Source of the DNA: an uncultured bacterium
Lineage (GTDB): Bacteria > UBP14 > UBA6098 > B30-G16
Direction of reading: 5' to 3'
Assembly (NCBI GenBank): GCA_965552135.1
Contig: CBEVQY010000020.1
Location: 1-50,892 of the forward strand
Length of the DNA: 50,892 nt
Shown here: piece after piece, positions 1-9,064 of the stretch
Position numbering within the stretch: position 1 is the first letter of the stretch
How the letters are laid out: the number at the start of each line of letters is the position of its first letter
The notes under the pieces: generated by a model
What the model was told of the DNA's origin: nothing
What the model saw: only the letters and a program-made list of their open reading frames with translations
Database searches by the model: none
Translations under genes and position numbers: made by a program

Positions 1-686
1 AGGTCGTCCCAAAACGCATAGCGCGCGGCAGAGAAGCAGATGTTGTAGGTGCATATCGGCGCGTCCATCCTGAAGGTGTGGGTGACGAACCCCTCCGCCG
101 TGTCAGCCACCACGAGGTTTCCGTTGGCGGCAACGCGAAGCCCAACGGGCGCAACGACCTCCACGGTGGCGGTCGCCTTGTCGGCGGGATGATCTATGCA
201 CGGAAACCAGCACCGCGCGTTCGAAGGCCAAGAAAGGGTGTAGATCACAGTGTCGCCGTAGCGGTTCGGCTCAACGTAATACCCGCCCTCGGGCTCGCCG
301 TGATAGTACACCGTAAGGAAAAACGTATCGCCAGCAGGCGACGAAACAGGCAGACGGACAGCAAGCGTGCCGCCAGCCTGCCTGAAGTCGCAGAAAGCGT
401 ATATATCCAGCAGGGGGTGGGTGAAGACGACGCTGTCGCACGTCATCCCCTCCAGATCAAGCAGCACGGGCTCGTCGGTCTCGACGCTGTGGGTCAGGGT
501 TATCCTCACCCAGGGGCTGTCGAGCGCCGAAAGCGGCTCCGTCAATGGGATGTGGATGTAGTAATCCACGGCGTCGTAGAGACCGATGGTCGCCGCCGAA
601 GGTCGCGGGTCGGGGTCGTAAAAGGTCACCTGCGGCAGCGGGAAAGCCGCCGACACAAGGAGCAAAGAAAAAAGCACCCAAAACAT
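1..686 (-). CDS. M1 family aminopeptidase, secreted (partial, runs off the window start)
   Basis: Absent from the ORF track; translated by hand from ATG at 686 (GGAGG upstream). Signal-like start MFWVLFSLLLVSAAFP, then YTLSWPSNARCWFPCIDHPADKATATVEVVAPVGLRVAANG, the typical M1 N-terminal ARxWFPCxDxPxDKA motif. The frame is open to the window edge. Confidence 0.85.
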   Translation of the reverse strand, partial: MFWVLFSLLLVSAAFPLPQVTFYDPDPRPSAATIGLYDAVDYYIHIPLTEPLSALDSPWVRITLTHSVETDEPVLLDLEGMTCDSVVFTHPLLDIYAFCDFRQAGGTLAVRLPVSSPAGDTFFLTVYYHGEPEGGYYVEPNRYGDTVIYTLSWPSNARCWFPCIDHPADKATATVEVVAPVGLRVAANGNLVVADTAEGFVTHTFRMDAPICTYNICFSAARYAFWDD

Positions 687-882
687 CCTCGCTTACCTCC
701 GCCTGGAGCACCACTACAGAAACGCATTCACGACGCCACCCAGGCAAGCCTTCGAATACGCTGCGGCGCCAGAAGGAACTCGAACACAAAGCCCGCGGTC
801 CCAACAAACGCCCTAACCGCCAAAAGCCAGAGTTGCAGACGACCGAAGCCCCGACAGACCCCGCGGGAGCCGCCCACGACCA

Positions 883-1842
883 CTACTTTACAAAAGCGAT
901 CCTCCGCCATACGCTGCGCCGCGGGCACGAAAGCCGCACCACATACGTTCCGCTCGGCAAGCCCTGCGGAGTCCAGACGAAGCTTTCTGCCGGAAAGACG
1001 CTGCGCCTGAACACAACACGCCCGCTAGCATCCACGATCTCGACGCAGGCGCTGCCGTCGAATCCGCCGGCGGAGATAACGACCCAAGCGTTGAACGGGT
1101 TGGGGCTTGCGCGCAAAAAAGGCTCCCGAAGAGCTGCACATCCAGCAATGCCCTCGCCAGAAAAGGTTATCTCCACCGTGTCGCTAAAGCCACCTGTCGC
1201 GAAGACGAGGTTGCTTTCGGGGCTCTCGTAGTATGCATCGGGCTCGATACCCTCGTCCCACACGCTGTCTCCGTCGATATCCTTGAAGACCTGCAGATAC
1301 TTGGGACCAGCGGGCACATTCCCCACAACCTGGAAGGTATCGTGGAAAGGCACCGTCATCTCGAGGACGGCGGGCTCGCCCGTGAAGAAAACAGGGAGCG
1401 CATCGTAGACGTTGAGGTAAACGTCCTCGAACTCTACGTCGACCGGATGGATGACCACAGGCAGGTCAACGGTGTCGTCCACAGGGATCACGATCCCCTC
1501 GGCGCTGCCGCCGCTCGTGTGGAACGGGCTTTCGGGGTACATCCCCATCGGATATCCCGAACCAAACGCCCCGTCTACCATAACGCCAGCGAAGGCGTAG
1601 TACGCCGAGTCGTCGCAGAAATCGCCGCTTACCGCGAAAGACCAATCCGGCGGGAATGTGGTGCTGTAGGGGACGTCCATCATATCGCCGCTGCCGATGA
1701 ACGAGATGTTGAACACCGTCACAAGCCCCGTCACCGTCCCAGCCGGCTCAGAGCACTCAAACACAAGGTATCCCGAAACCGTTCCCCCGAAAGCGACCGT
1801 AAACGTTAAACAGACAAAGAGGGCAAGCGCCAACCTTCGCAT
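883..1842 (-). CDS. Secreted protein with T9SS type A-like C-terminal domain
   Basis: Signal peptide MRRLALALFVCLTFTVAFG; EF-hand-like DIDGDSVWD; C-terminus ASPNPFN...VEIVDASGRVV...LPSGTYVVRL. Confidence 0.75.
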   Translation of the reverse strand: MRRLALALFVCLTFTVAFGGTVSGYLVFECSEPAGTVTGLVTVFNISFIGSGDMMDVPYSTTFPPDWSFAVSGDFCDDSAYYAFAGVMVDGAFGSGYPMGMYPESPFHTSGGSAEGIVIPVDDTVDLPVVIHPVDVEFEDVYLNVYDALPVFFTGEPAVLEMTVPFHDTFQVVGNVPAGPKYLQVFKDIDGDSVWDEGIEPDAYYESPESNLVFATGGFSDTVEITFSGEGIAGCAALREPFLRASPNPFNAWVVISAGGFDGSACVEIVDASGRVVFRRSVFPAESFVWTPQGLPSGTYVVRLSCPRRSVWRRIAFVK

Positions 1843-1857
1843 AAAAACACCCCCTGC

Positions 1858-3675
1858 TTATGGCGCAAACCTCAGGTACCCCGCCTCACCACACAGGATG
1901 AAGTATCCTTTCCCGGGCTGCAGCACAGTCCGGCGCTCAAACGAGCCAGCCTCAGGATCGTACGTGTAAAGATACGGTGTGACGCCGATAATCCCTGATG
2001 GGTATGTTTCGATGTCGAAGACGCTATACCCCCCCGCCTTGCTCGGAGCGCCGACGAGGTTCCAGCCGCCGTAAACGCGCACGTCCATCGACCTCACGGG
2101 AATCCCGCCCCCGACAACGTACATGGTGTCGACGTTGGACGCTATCCAATAACCCACCCCGGGCTCAAGCGCGGTTACGACGTCGTAGGAGAGCGTTATC
2201 GGGTTGAATTTGTAGGCTATTCCGCCGATAGCTGTGGGGAACACCGCCGCAACGGACGGATCATCAAGCACCAAAGGAACGCTCACGAGGTTCCACCCGC
2301 GCCTTATGTGAAAGTAGGCTCTGTCCTCGTAATACTCGATGATGGCGCGAATCATGTAAGTTGAGTCCACCACGCTGCTCCAGCTCGTTCCGTCGAAGTC
2401 GAAGGATGAGCCGTAGCCCGGGACATCCATCGCGATTCCGAAGTATGTGTCGCCCGCGATGCACGCTGCAACCAAAGGACCGTCGACGACGAACGTCGTC
2501 CACGACGAGACCGAGACGTTCCTCCACCCCGTCGTCGTTGCCGAAAGCTGCGTGGGCCAGTTGAGCAAGATGTCCTGCGGCGCACCGTCGATGACGGACC
2601 AGATCTGCGGCCTGAAGTTCCCCGGCGAGCATACCCAGAACTCCAAAGACCTCAAAAGCCCGACGCGATCTGCTGGGATAAGCGTTGCGAACCCGCGCCC
2701 CGGCGACCAACTCGCACAAGCCTCGCCAACATCGTCGGTGACCGAAATCGTGTCCAGAACGAGCGCCGCACCGCCCGACCTCGGCGTCGCGCTCGCAACG
2801 TTCGAAAAACCCGAAAGACCACCGCCCGCGTAGTGCGCCTTAACCGCATAGTAGTAAGTCCGGTCGTTCGTAACGGTCTCATCGGTGAAGTAAGTATCGG
2901 TTGTGGTTGCTATGGGGATCATGGAGAGCGTATCGCCGGGCGTCGTCGTGCGGTAGACTATGTAGTCCTCCACGTCGAGCGCCGCGAAGCGCAGGGTCCT
3001 TCGTCCAACAAGCTCAGCGCTCGGAACCACCGTCTTTTCTGTGGGCAGCTCGCGCCTGGCGCCGGCGGAGGAATAGACCACAAGCGCCCTTATCTCGAGG
3101 TCCCCGTCGAGGTGGCGGAAGGCGAAGAGGGAGTGGTCGTACCACCAGCTTCGCTCCTCGGCGCCCGTCTCGCCATCGGTTAGGATGCAGTGATAAAAGC
3201 TGTCGGGCGAAACCGTCTTCTTGATGCCTATGTGGAAGTCCTCGTAGGCGTCGAAGGTCAAACCCGAAAGGGAAAGATCAACCTCCTGCCAGCCCGACTC
3301 TATCTCCCACTCCACAGGATAAGCAAGAAGGGGCGAAAGCACGTTGGGCTTTCCGTAGCCGTTGTCGGGATAGACGTTTATCTGCACGGTGATGTGCGGG
3401 AAGAGCGTGTATCCGTAGAACTTGACCGCGATAAGTGAGCAGGGTTGTGTAGGCGTGAATCGGACGGATAGGATATCGCCGGCATCGGCTTCGTCAGCGC
3501 CGCCGCCGGAGCCGTCGTCGTACGCAAGCTCCGTCACCTCAAGGGGAACGACGGGCGAACGCCACCAAAGCTCAACGCGACCATCGAGGTTGCTTTCCGC
3601 CACAAGCTCGCGCGGCGGATTCTGCGCAAAAACGCACGAAACAAACGCAAGACAAGCCAAAACGAGCCGAGCCAT
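1858..3675 (-). CDS. Secreted fibronectin type III domain protein with GWNL repeats
   Basis: GGAGG RBS; signal peptide ending VFA-Q; FN3 strands PPRELVA..VELWW and YIVYR..YFTD..YYYAVKA..SN; two C-terminal GWNLV...PGxGYWI/YFI repeats. Confidence 0.75.
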   Translation of the reverse strand: MARLVLACLAFVSCVFAQNPPRELVAESNLDGRVELWWRSPVVPLEVTELAYDDGSGGGADEADAGDILSVRFTPTQPCSLIAVKFYGYTLFPHITVQINVYPDNGYGKPNVLSPLLAYPVEWEIESGWQEVDLSLSGLTFDAYEDFHIGIKKTVSPDSFYHCILTDGETGAEERSWWYDHSLFAFRHLDGDLEIRALVVYSSAGARRELPTEKTVVPSAELVGRRTLRFAALDVEDYIVYRTTTPGDTLSMIPIATTTDTYFTDETVTNDRTYYYAVKAHYAGGGLSGFSNVASATPRSGGAALVLDTISVTDDVGEACASWSPGRGFATLIPADRVGLLRSLEFWVCSPGNFRPQIWSVIDGAPQDILLNWPTQLSATTTGWRNVSVSSWTTFVVDGPLVAACIAGDTYFGIAMDVPGYGSSFDFDGTSWSSVVDSTYMIRAIIEYYEDRAYFHIRRGWNLVSVPLVLDDPSVAAVFPTAIGGIAYKFNPITLSYDVVTALEPGVGYWIASNVDTMYVVGGGIPVRSMDVRVYGGWNLVGAPSKAGGYSVFDIETYPSGIIGVTPYLYTYDPEAGSFERRTVLQPGKGYFILCGEAGYLRFAP

Positions 3676-3720
3676 CGTACCTCCTTGACCAAAGCTTTAT
3701 CCACCCAAAACGCCCTGCGA

Positions 3721-3750
3721 AATATGGTGCCACAACGCCTGCGCCGTCAA
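3721..3750 (-). promoter_or_regulatory. Putative sigma70 promoter
   Basis: TTGACG-18 nt-CATATT on the minus strand, upstream of the 1858..3675 gene. Confidence 0.3.
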
Positions 3751-3771
3751 GGACTTTGCCACGCGCCATCG

Positions 3772-6700
3772 TCAGCGAATCAAAGCCATCCGAGAAACCT
3801 GAACCACATCCCCCGCGCGCAGCCGAACGAAGTATACGCCGCTTGGAACCTGCCTGCCCGCAGAATCGCAGCCGTTCCACCTGAGAACGGTAAGCCCAGC
3901 CGAAAGCATCCCCGACCAAAGCGTCTCGACAAGCCTGCCTGATATGTCGTAGACCTCCACACGCGCAACGCCATCAGCGGGCATAAAGACGGGTATAACG
4001 GTCTGGGCGTTGAAGGGGTCAGGGTAGTTCGGCAGAAGCGAAGCCACCACAGGAACCTTGAGTTCCTCCCCCACCGACGTGTAGAGATATGCGTAGCAGT
4101 ATTCCGTGGCGTCGTGGCTTCCGGCGTAGCAGCCGTCGTCCAAAACGAAGCAGACGTCGTACTCCCCTCCGACCTCGAACGGAACCAAAGCGCCCGCAAC
4201 AAGGACGATCGTGTCACCGCTCAGGAAGAGGTTATCGTCGTCGAGTGTGAACGCCGCCACGACGCTGTCGGTGCCGTGGACAAGGATCCTTGCCGCAACG
4301 CTGCCCGAGTCGACCTCGCCGAAGTCGTTCACGAACGGAGCGATGAACATAAGCGAATCGAGGATGTAATCGGGTTCCCAGCGCTCGAAGGGGACCACAA
4401 GCACCGTGTCGACCTGTGGCGGAGCGAGGTCGACGACGAACGTCCTGCAAACCGGGGCAACGAGCGCATGCCCGTACACGTCGGCGGCGCCGGTGACGCA
4501 GAACTCCACGGAATCGCCGTCGACCCAGGGAGCGGACGGCGTAAACGTCAACGCGCCGGATGAGGCTTCGAAGCTGACCTCATCGCTTGCGGTGGTGTAG
4601 GGCGTCCCGTCCACCGTGACCTCTATGCTGCTTTCGTCCACGCCGTCGGGGTCGTCCAAAACGACCTCGATGGCGGCGTCGGCGGCGCAGATGGAGTGGA
4701 AATCGCTTGTAAAGATCACATCGGGCGCACCGGGGACGACCACAAAGGAGAAGCAATACGGCTCCATCACGTTCGGCTCGCCCATGTCCACCGCATCGGC
4801 GGCGGAGACGCAGACCTCCACAGTGTCGACGAGGGAATCGCCAACGACCGCGCCGTCCCAAACGAGCTCGCCCGGCGAGTACGATACGCCGGCATCCGAG
4901 GTCGTGAACGTGTCGCCGTCAACGACCATAACGATGCTTGCGGGATCAACGCCCGCAAGAGAGTCGTCGAGGAACACGGTTATCCTCGGAAGCTCGGTTC
5001 CCACGACTCCGCCGTCGGCGGGATCACTGCCGGAAACGTACGGCGGCGTAAGGTCGATGGTGAAGGACCAGACGGGGTGCGAGCCGGCGCTGTCGAGGGG
5101 AACGCCGTAAAGGTCGTTTGCCGAAACCACACGAACGCAAACGACATAACCGTTCTCCCAACCCTCCGTCGGGGTGTGGACGATTATCGAGTCGCGTTCG
5201 CCGAAGTCCGACGGCGCACCGTACGAAACGCCGTCAACCGTGTACTCAATAGAGGCAACGTCGATCCCGTTGCCGTCGTAGAGGTAGAAGGTTATATCTG
5301 GGTTTGGGATCGAGACGAACCATCCGTCGTCGGGCGTTCTGGGGTATGCGCGCGGTCCGTGCGCGTTGACGACAAAGCTCCAGCTGTAGGGAAGCGTTTC
5401 GGTGCAGTTGGGCTCGCCGTAGTCGGGGGCATCGCACGCCTGAACAAGCGTCAGCGTGACATCCCCATCGGGAAAACGCCAGCCAGCCGCCTCGGGAACA
5501 ACCCTTAGCGTCTCCTCCGCGTCATACACAAGGAGCGGATCGGGGAACGTGTGCGCGTGGGTGCTCTCGTCGTCCGCTATCTCGACCTCAACCAAAAGCG
5601 TATCGACGCGGTTTATGCCGTCGTAAAGGTACATCCACGCCACGACGAGCGAGTCGGTGATGTAGTCGTCGTCGATGGGGTAATAGTCCGCGAAGACCGG
5701 CGGGGTGAAATCGCAGATGTAGCTTGCCTCAAGCGGCGTCGAGAGCGGGCAGCCGTGGTAGTCGAACGTGGGGCGCAGATAAAACCTCACGCGCTCGCCG
5801 TCGGAGCGGTGAATCTCGTTGGCGAAATACAGCGTGTCGTTCTCGTAGGTGCAGCCGGGAAGACCAGGCGTGATCTCATACATCGTATCGCCCGCAAAGT
5901 CGAGAAACCCAAGGTGGATCGAAAGGGGCGAGACGAGGGTGTCGTCGTCGGTGAGGTATATCGCAATGGGCTGATACGGGTTGGAGCTGTAAGTTCCGTC
6001 CAGCGGGTACAAAAGCTCAGCCGTTGGACCGGTGTACGAAGATCCCTGGATGAAGATGGAGTCCACAACGATCTCCCAGCAGACTGTGTCTTCCTCTTCG
6101 GGTCCCGTGGTGTCGGCGCAGCCTATGAGCGTGTATCGGTAGTAGGTGTCCTCAAGCGGCGGCGATGCTACGTTCACCTGCCACATCTGCGACCTCATCT
6201 CCGAGGTTCGGAGGCTTTCGGCAAGCTGAATAAGCTCGCCCGCCGGCGGGTCAAGCTCGAGGTCGTCGCTGTCGAAAACGAGGGCGGTGTAGACGTCGTA
6301 CATCGTGCTGTCGGTGTTGTTCCTAAAGAGCGTGCTGAAGAAGAAGGGGTTTTGCACAAGGGCGCAGAACCTGACGGGGATTCTGTGAGGCACCTCCACC
6401 CTTGCACCCAGCGGTCCACCAATGAACTCGCCCTCGGGCGCAAGTCCATAAGTCGTAGCGAAGATGACCGCCTCGCCCGCATCGAGGCTTACGGGACCCC
6501 AGCGCATCAGAACCGCACCGTCGGATATAGCCTCCGCAGGGAGCGAGGCTACGTCCCACACGACCGAGGCAAGGCTCCTTACGTCGCCGAAGACGAGCCA
6601 ATCGGGCTTCACGTTGATGCCGCCCTCCATAACGCCCCTCGCCACCACCTGCAGCGAGTCGGGCTCCCAGGGACCAAGCTCGAAAACCTGCCAGTAGGAG

Positions 6701-7251
6701 GGAACCTCCGAGTACGGCAGTATGAGGGTGCTGTCGACCGCTATCGTGTCGCCTCCGATGGTGAAGGGCGCATCGTCGCGACCGTTTATGTTCGTGTCGA
6801 GCAAAAACAATACGCCCACATCGTGCGAAACGCTGTCGTTGTTTATAACGGTATAACGTATCGTCACGGCGCCAGAGCTGTCGACCGAAAACGGATGGAG
6901 AGTCTGCGTAAACTGCACCGAATCCTCCGGAAACCAGTCGGTGACGATGACGTTCTCAAGCTCGGAGTATATGCAGTTCGTTGGCGTCACGGGCGTTGCA
7001 CCCACAAGGAAGGGGTCGGTGCTGTACACCCGCCCGTCGATGTAGAAATTCATGTGGATGGTTCCAAGTCCACCGACGTCGCATCCGCCGTAGGTGAGCC
7101 ATCTGCCGTCGGCAAGGGAGATACCGAAATACCCCAGGTCGCTCGACACGCCAACGCAGATCACGCTGTCGTAGTCCATGGCGGTCAACACCTGCCCGAA
7201 GCACGCCGAGACCAAAACTGCCGCCAAAACCGCAAAACTCATCCGCAGCAT
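3772..7251 (-). CDS. Large secreted protein with tandem Ig-like repeats and FlgD/T9SS-like C-terminal domain
   Basis: Signal peptide ending CFG-Q; about six repeats of PxDG...I...LxD..GVD..SI...VDG; C-terminus NYPDPFN...VYDISGRLV...WNGCDSAGRQVPSGVYFVRL. Confidence 0.8.
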   Translation of the reverse strand: MLRMSFAVLAAVLVSACFGQVLTAMDYDSVICVGVSSDLGYFGISLADGRWLTYGGCDVGGLGTIHMNFYIDGRVYSTDPFLVGATPVTPTNCIYSELENVIVTDWFPEDSVQFTQTLHPFSVDSSGAVTIRYTVINNDSVSHDVGVLFLLDTNINGRDDAPFTIGGDTIAVDSTLILPYSEVPSYWQVFELGPWEPDSLQVVARGVMEGGINVKPDWLVFGDVRSLASVVWDVASLPAEAISDGAVLMRWGPVSLDAGEAVIFATTYGLAPEGEFIGGPLGARVEVPHRIPVRFCALVQNPFFFSTLFRNNTDSTMYDVYTALVFDSDDLELDPPAGELIQLAESLRTSEMRSQMWQVNVASPPLEDTYYRYTLIGCADTTGPEEEDTVCWEIVVDSIFIQGSSYTGPTAELLYPLDGTYSSNPYQPIAIYLTDDDTLVSPLSIHLGFLDFAGDTMYEITPGLPGCTYENDTLYFANEIHRSDGERVRFYLRPTFDYHGCPLSTPLEASYICDFTPPVFADYYPIDDDYITDSLVVAWMYLYDGINRVDTLLVEVEIADDESTHAHTFPDPLLVYDAEETLRVVPEAAGWRFPDGDVTLTLVQACDAPDYGEPNCTETLPYSWSFVVNAHGPRAYPRTPDDGWFVSIPNPDITFYLYDGNGIDVASIEYTVDGVSYGAPSDFGERDSIIVHTPTEGWENGYVVCVRVVSANDLYGVPLDSAGSHPVWSFTIDLTPPYVSGSDPADGGVVGTELPRITVFLDDSLAGVDPASIVMVVDGDTFTTSDAGVSYSPGELVWDGAVVGDSLVDTVEVCVSAADAVDMGEPNVMEPYCFSFVVVPGAPDVIFTSDFHSICAADAAIEVVLDDPDGVDESSIEVTVDGTPYTTASDEVSFEASSGALTFTPSAPWVDGDSVEFCVTGAADVYGHALVAPVCRTFVVDLAPPQVDTVLVVPFERWEPDYILDSLMFIAPFVNDFGEVDSGSVAARILVHGTDSVVAAFTLDDDNLFLSGDTIVLVAGALVPFEVGGEYDVCFVLDDGCYAGSHDATEYCYAYLYTSVGEELKVPVVASLLPNYPDPFNAQTVIPVFMPADGVARVEVYDISGRLVETLWSGMLSAGLTVLRWNGCDSAGRQVPSGVYFVRLRAGDVVQVSRMALIR

Positions 7252-7284
7252 CGTAATGCCCTCCGTGTTGTTGTGGTTTTGGAT

Positions 7285-7313
7285 AAGATATTTTCGGGGC
7301 GGGTCAGCGTCAA
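7285..7313 (-). promoter_or_regulatory. Putative sigma70 promoter
   Basis: TTGACG-17 nt-TATCTT upstream of the 3772..7251 gene. Confidence 0.5.
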
Positions 7314-7320
7314 TATGTAA

Positions 7321-8067
7321 TCAGAGCTCCACCACCAGGGGCTTGTACCGCGACGCCACGAAAAGCTTCGCCGACGGCGGAACCTTCCTTCCCGCCGCAG
7401 CGAGGGCAAGCGTTGGCGTGTTGTTCTCCTCGGAGAGATGCCCGAGGACGACCACCTCAAGGTTCTCGTGGACCGCAGCCTCCAGGAGAGACGCACATTG
7501 CCTGTTCGAAAGATGCCCAAAGGGTCCCGAAATTCGGAGCTTGAGATGCCGGGGATACCGCCCCAGCCGAAGCAGGCGGGGCTCGTAGTTAGCCTCGATC
7601 AAAAGAGCGGTGGAAATCCTTGCCGCCTCTATAACCTCCTTCGTCGGATGTCCGAGGTCAACAAAAAGCGCGGCGCTTTTGCCGGATGTGTGTTCGACGA
7701 GGAATCCCACGGGCTCTGCGGCGTCGTGGGGCTTTGGCACAAACGTTACGGCAAACCTCCCAAAAGACGCCGTCTCCCACACCGAAAGCGTCGTCGCCCT
7801 GCCCGGAACATCCCAAAGCGCGCCCAAAGTCCCGGCGGTAGCACAAACCACATCACACACAAACGGAACAAGCGCATCAAGCGACCTTACGTGATCGCTG
7901 TGCTCGTGAGAGAGGAATATAACCTCAGGCTGCGGGATCCCAAGGTTTCGAAGCACCGAACACACAAGCCCCCGCGGAACGCCGGCATCGAACATAAGGG
8001 TGGTATCGCCGTCCGAAAGGAGATAGCCGTTGCCGTTGCTGCCGCTGCGAAGCGATACGAAAAGCAT
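7321..8067 (-). CDS. MBL-fold metallo-hydrolase (YycJ/WalJ-like)
   Basis: SGSNGN start, FDAG, SHEHSDH (HxHxDH), PHDAAEPVG, EANY, GHLSN, GHLSEENN; AGGAG RBS. Confidence 0.9.
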   Translation of the reverse strand: MLFVSLRSGSNGNGYLLSDGDTTLMFDAGVPRGLVCSVLRNLGIPQPEVIFLSHEHSDHVRSLDALVPFVCDVVCATAGTLGALWDVPGRATTLSVWETASFGRFAVTFVPKPHDAAEPVGFLVEHTSGKSAALFVDLGHPTKEVIEAARISTALLIEANYEPRLLRLGRYPRHLKLRISGPFGHLSNRQCASLLEAAVHENLEVVVLGHLSEENNTPTLALAAAGRKVPPSAKLFVASRYKPLVVEL

Positions 8068-8071
8068 CCCA

Positions 8072-8285
8072 TCACTCCTGTGGCGCTGGAATCACCTTAA
8101 CCTCATCGAAAAGCTCCGCCGCCCGGGGATCATCGACCACCAACGCGATGTCCACCACACTCATCGCCAACGTCCTCCGGAAGGTCGGTTGCCGCAACGA
8201 CCTGCGCGGCGTAGCCCCTCTCCCTCAAAATCGATTCAGCCTCATAAGTCGCTGTAGCGCTTTCGAAAAGGAGCAAATATCTCAT
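8072..8285 (-). pseudogene. DUF3343 (putative S/Se carrier-like) small protein with a +1 frameshift
   Basis: ATG at 8285 overlaps the activase stop (ATGA). Reads MRYLLLFESATATYEAESILRERGYAAQVVAATDLPEDVGDECG, then stops at TGA 8130-8132. The +1 frame continues DIALVVDDPRAAELFDEVKVIPAPQE* to 8072. The joined ~70 aa fits my recollection of the DUF3343 pattern (FxS...AE..L...G...P....CGxAL). Confidence 0.65.
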
Positions 8286-9064
8286 ATTTCACTAAACATA
8301 GCTATTTTATCTTTGGGAATCTTTACGAACAAACATCCTATAGCTGCTGCAAACTGTGCATGCTGAGGGACTTGAACTTCGACGCCTAACTCTTTGCTCA
8401 ACAACGAGATGACGGCTTTGTTTTTCGCGACGCCTCCTGTTGCCACCACGGCATCGGCTGGGAACGAGCGCACAAGCGCCGCAAACCTCTTCACGATGGA
8501 GTAGTTGGCGCCGGCAGCTAAGCGTTCCACCGGGATGCCCTGCGAAAGCTTTTCGAGGACTTCGGTTTCGGCGAAGACGGCGCAGGTCGAGTTTATCGGC
8601 GCGGGGTTCTCCGCGTAGCGCGAAAGCTCTTCGAGGGATATCCCGAGCACGCGGGCTATGTTCTCGAGGAAGCGACCGGTTGAGGCGGCGCAGCGATCAG
8701 ACGTCAGGAAGTCGACCACCTTGCCCCCCTCAACGCGAACGACCTTCGTGTCCTGACCGCCGAGGTCGATGAGGGTGAAGTCCCTGTAGCCCGTCAGGAA
8801 CTTCGCCCCCTCGGCGTGAGCCGTTATCTCGGAGATCTCTATTGCGCCCGAAAGCTTCGCCCTCTGCCTGCCGTATCCCGTGGCAACGACTATCGCTCCC
8901 TCGGGTATGCCGAGCGCATCGAGCTTGAGGGCAAAGCCCCGCTCGGTGGCAACGCCGAACTCGCGGTAGAAAAGCGCCGAGTCGTATATCTTAAACTCAA
9001 AGCCGCCCCCCCTCCGCAGGGCGAGCTTCGCGTAGCGGCTGCCTATGTCGAGTCCTACCCTCAT
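8282..9064 (-). CDS. Acyl-CoA dehydratase activase (HgdC/BcrAD-BadFG ATPase)
   Basis: GLDIGS, ATGYGR, EITAH, IDLGGQDTK, DRCAASTGRFLE, STCAVFAETEV, TGGVA. Confidence 0.92.
   Translation of the reverse strand: MRVGLDIGSRYAKLALRRGGGFEFKIYDSALFYREFGVATERGFALKLDALGIPEGAIVVATGYGRQRAKLSGAIEISEITAHAEGAKFLTGYRDFTLIDLGGQDTKVVRVEGGKVVDFLTSDRCAASTGRFLENIARVLGISLEELSRYAENPAPINSTCAVFAETEVLEKLSQGIPVERLAAGANYSIVKRFAALVRSFPADAVVATGGVAKNKAVISLLSKELGVEVQVPQHAQFAAAIGCLFVKIPKDKIAMFSEI

Noticed and set aside
690..928. Small ORFs (728..928, 457..807) or an RNA in the ~195-nt gap before the M1 peptidase
   Set aside because: No RBS, motif or convincing stem set; 457..807 overlaps the peptidase out of frame
8130..8132. 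Selenocysteine TGA in the DUF3343-like gene
   Set aside because: The TGA is not at the conserved Cys position, read-through meets further stops within a few codons, and the plausible C-terminus is in another frame
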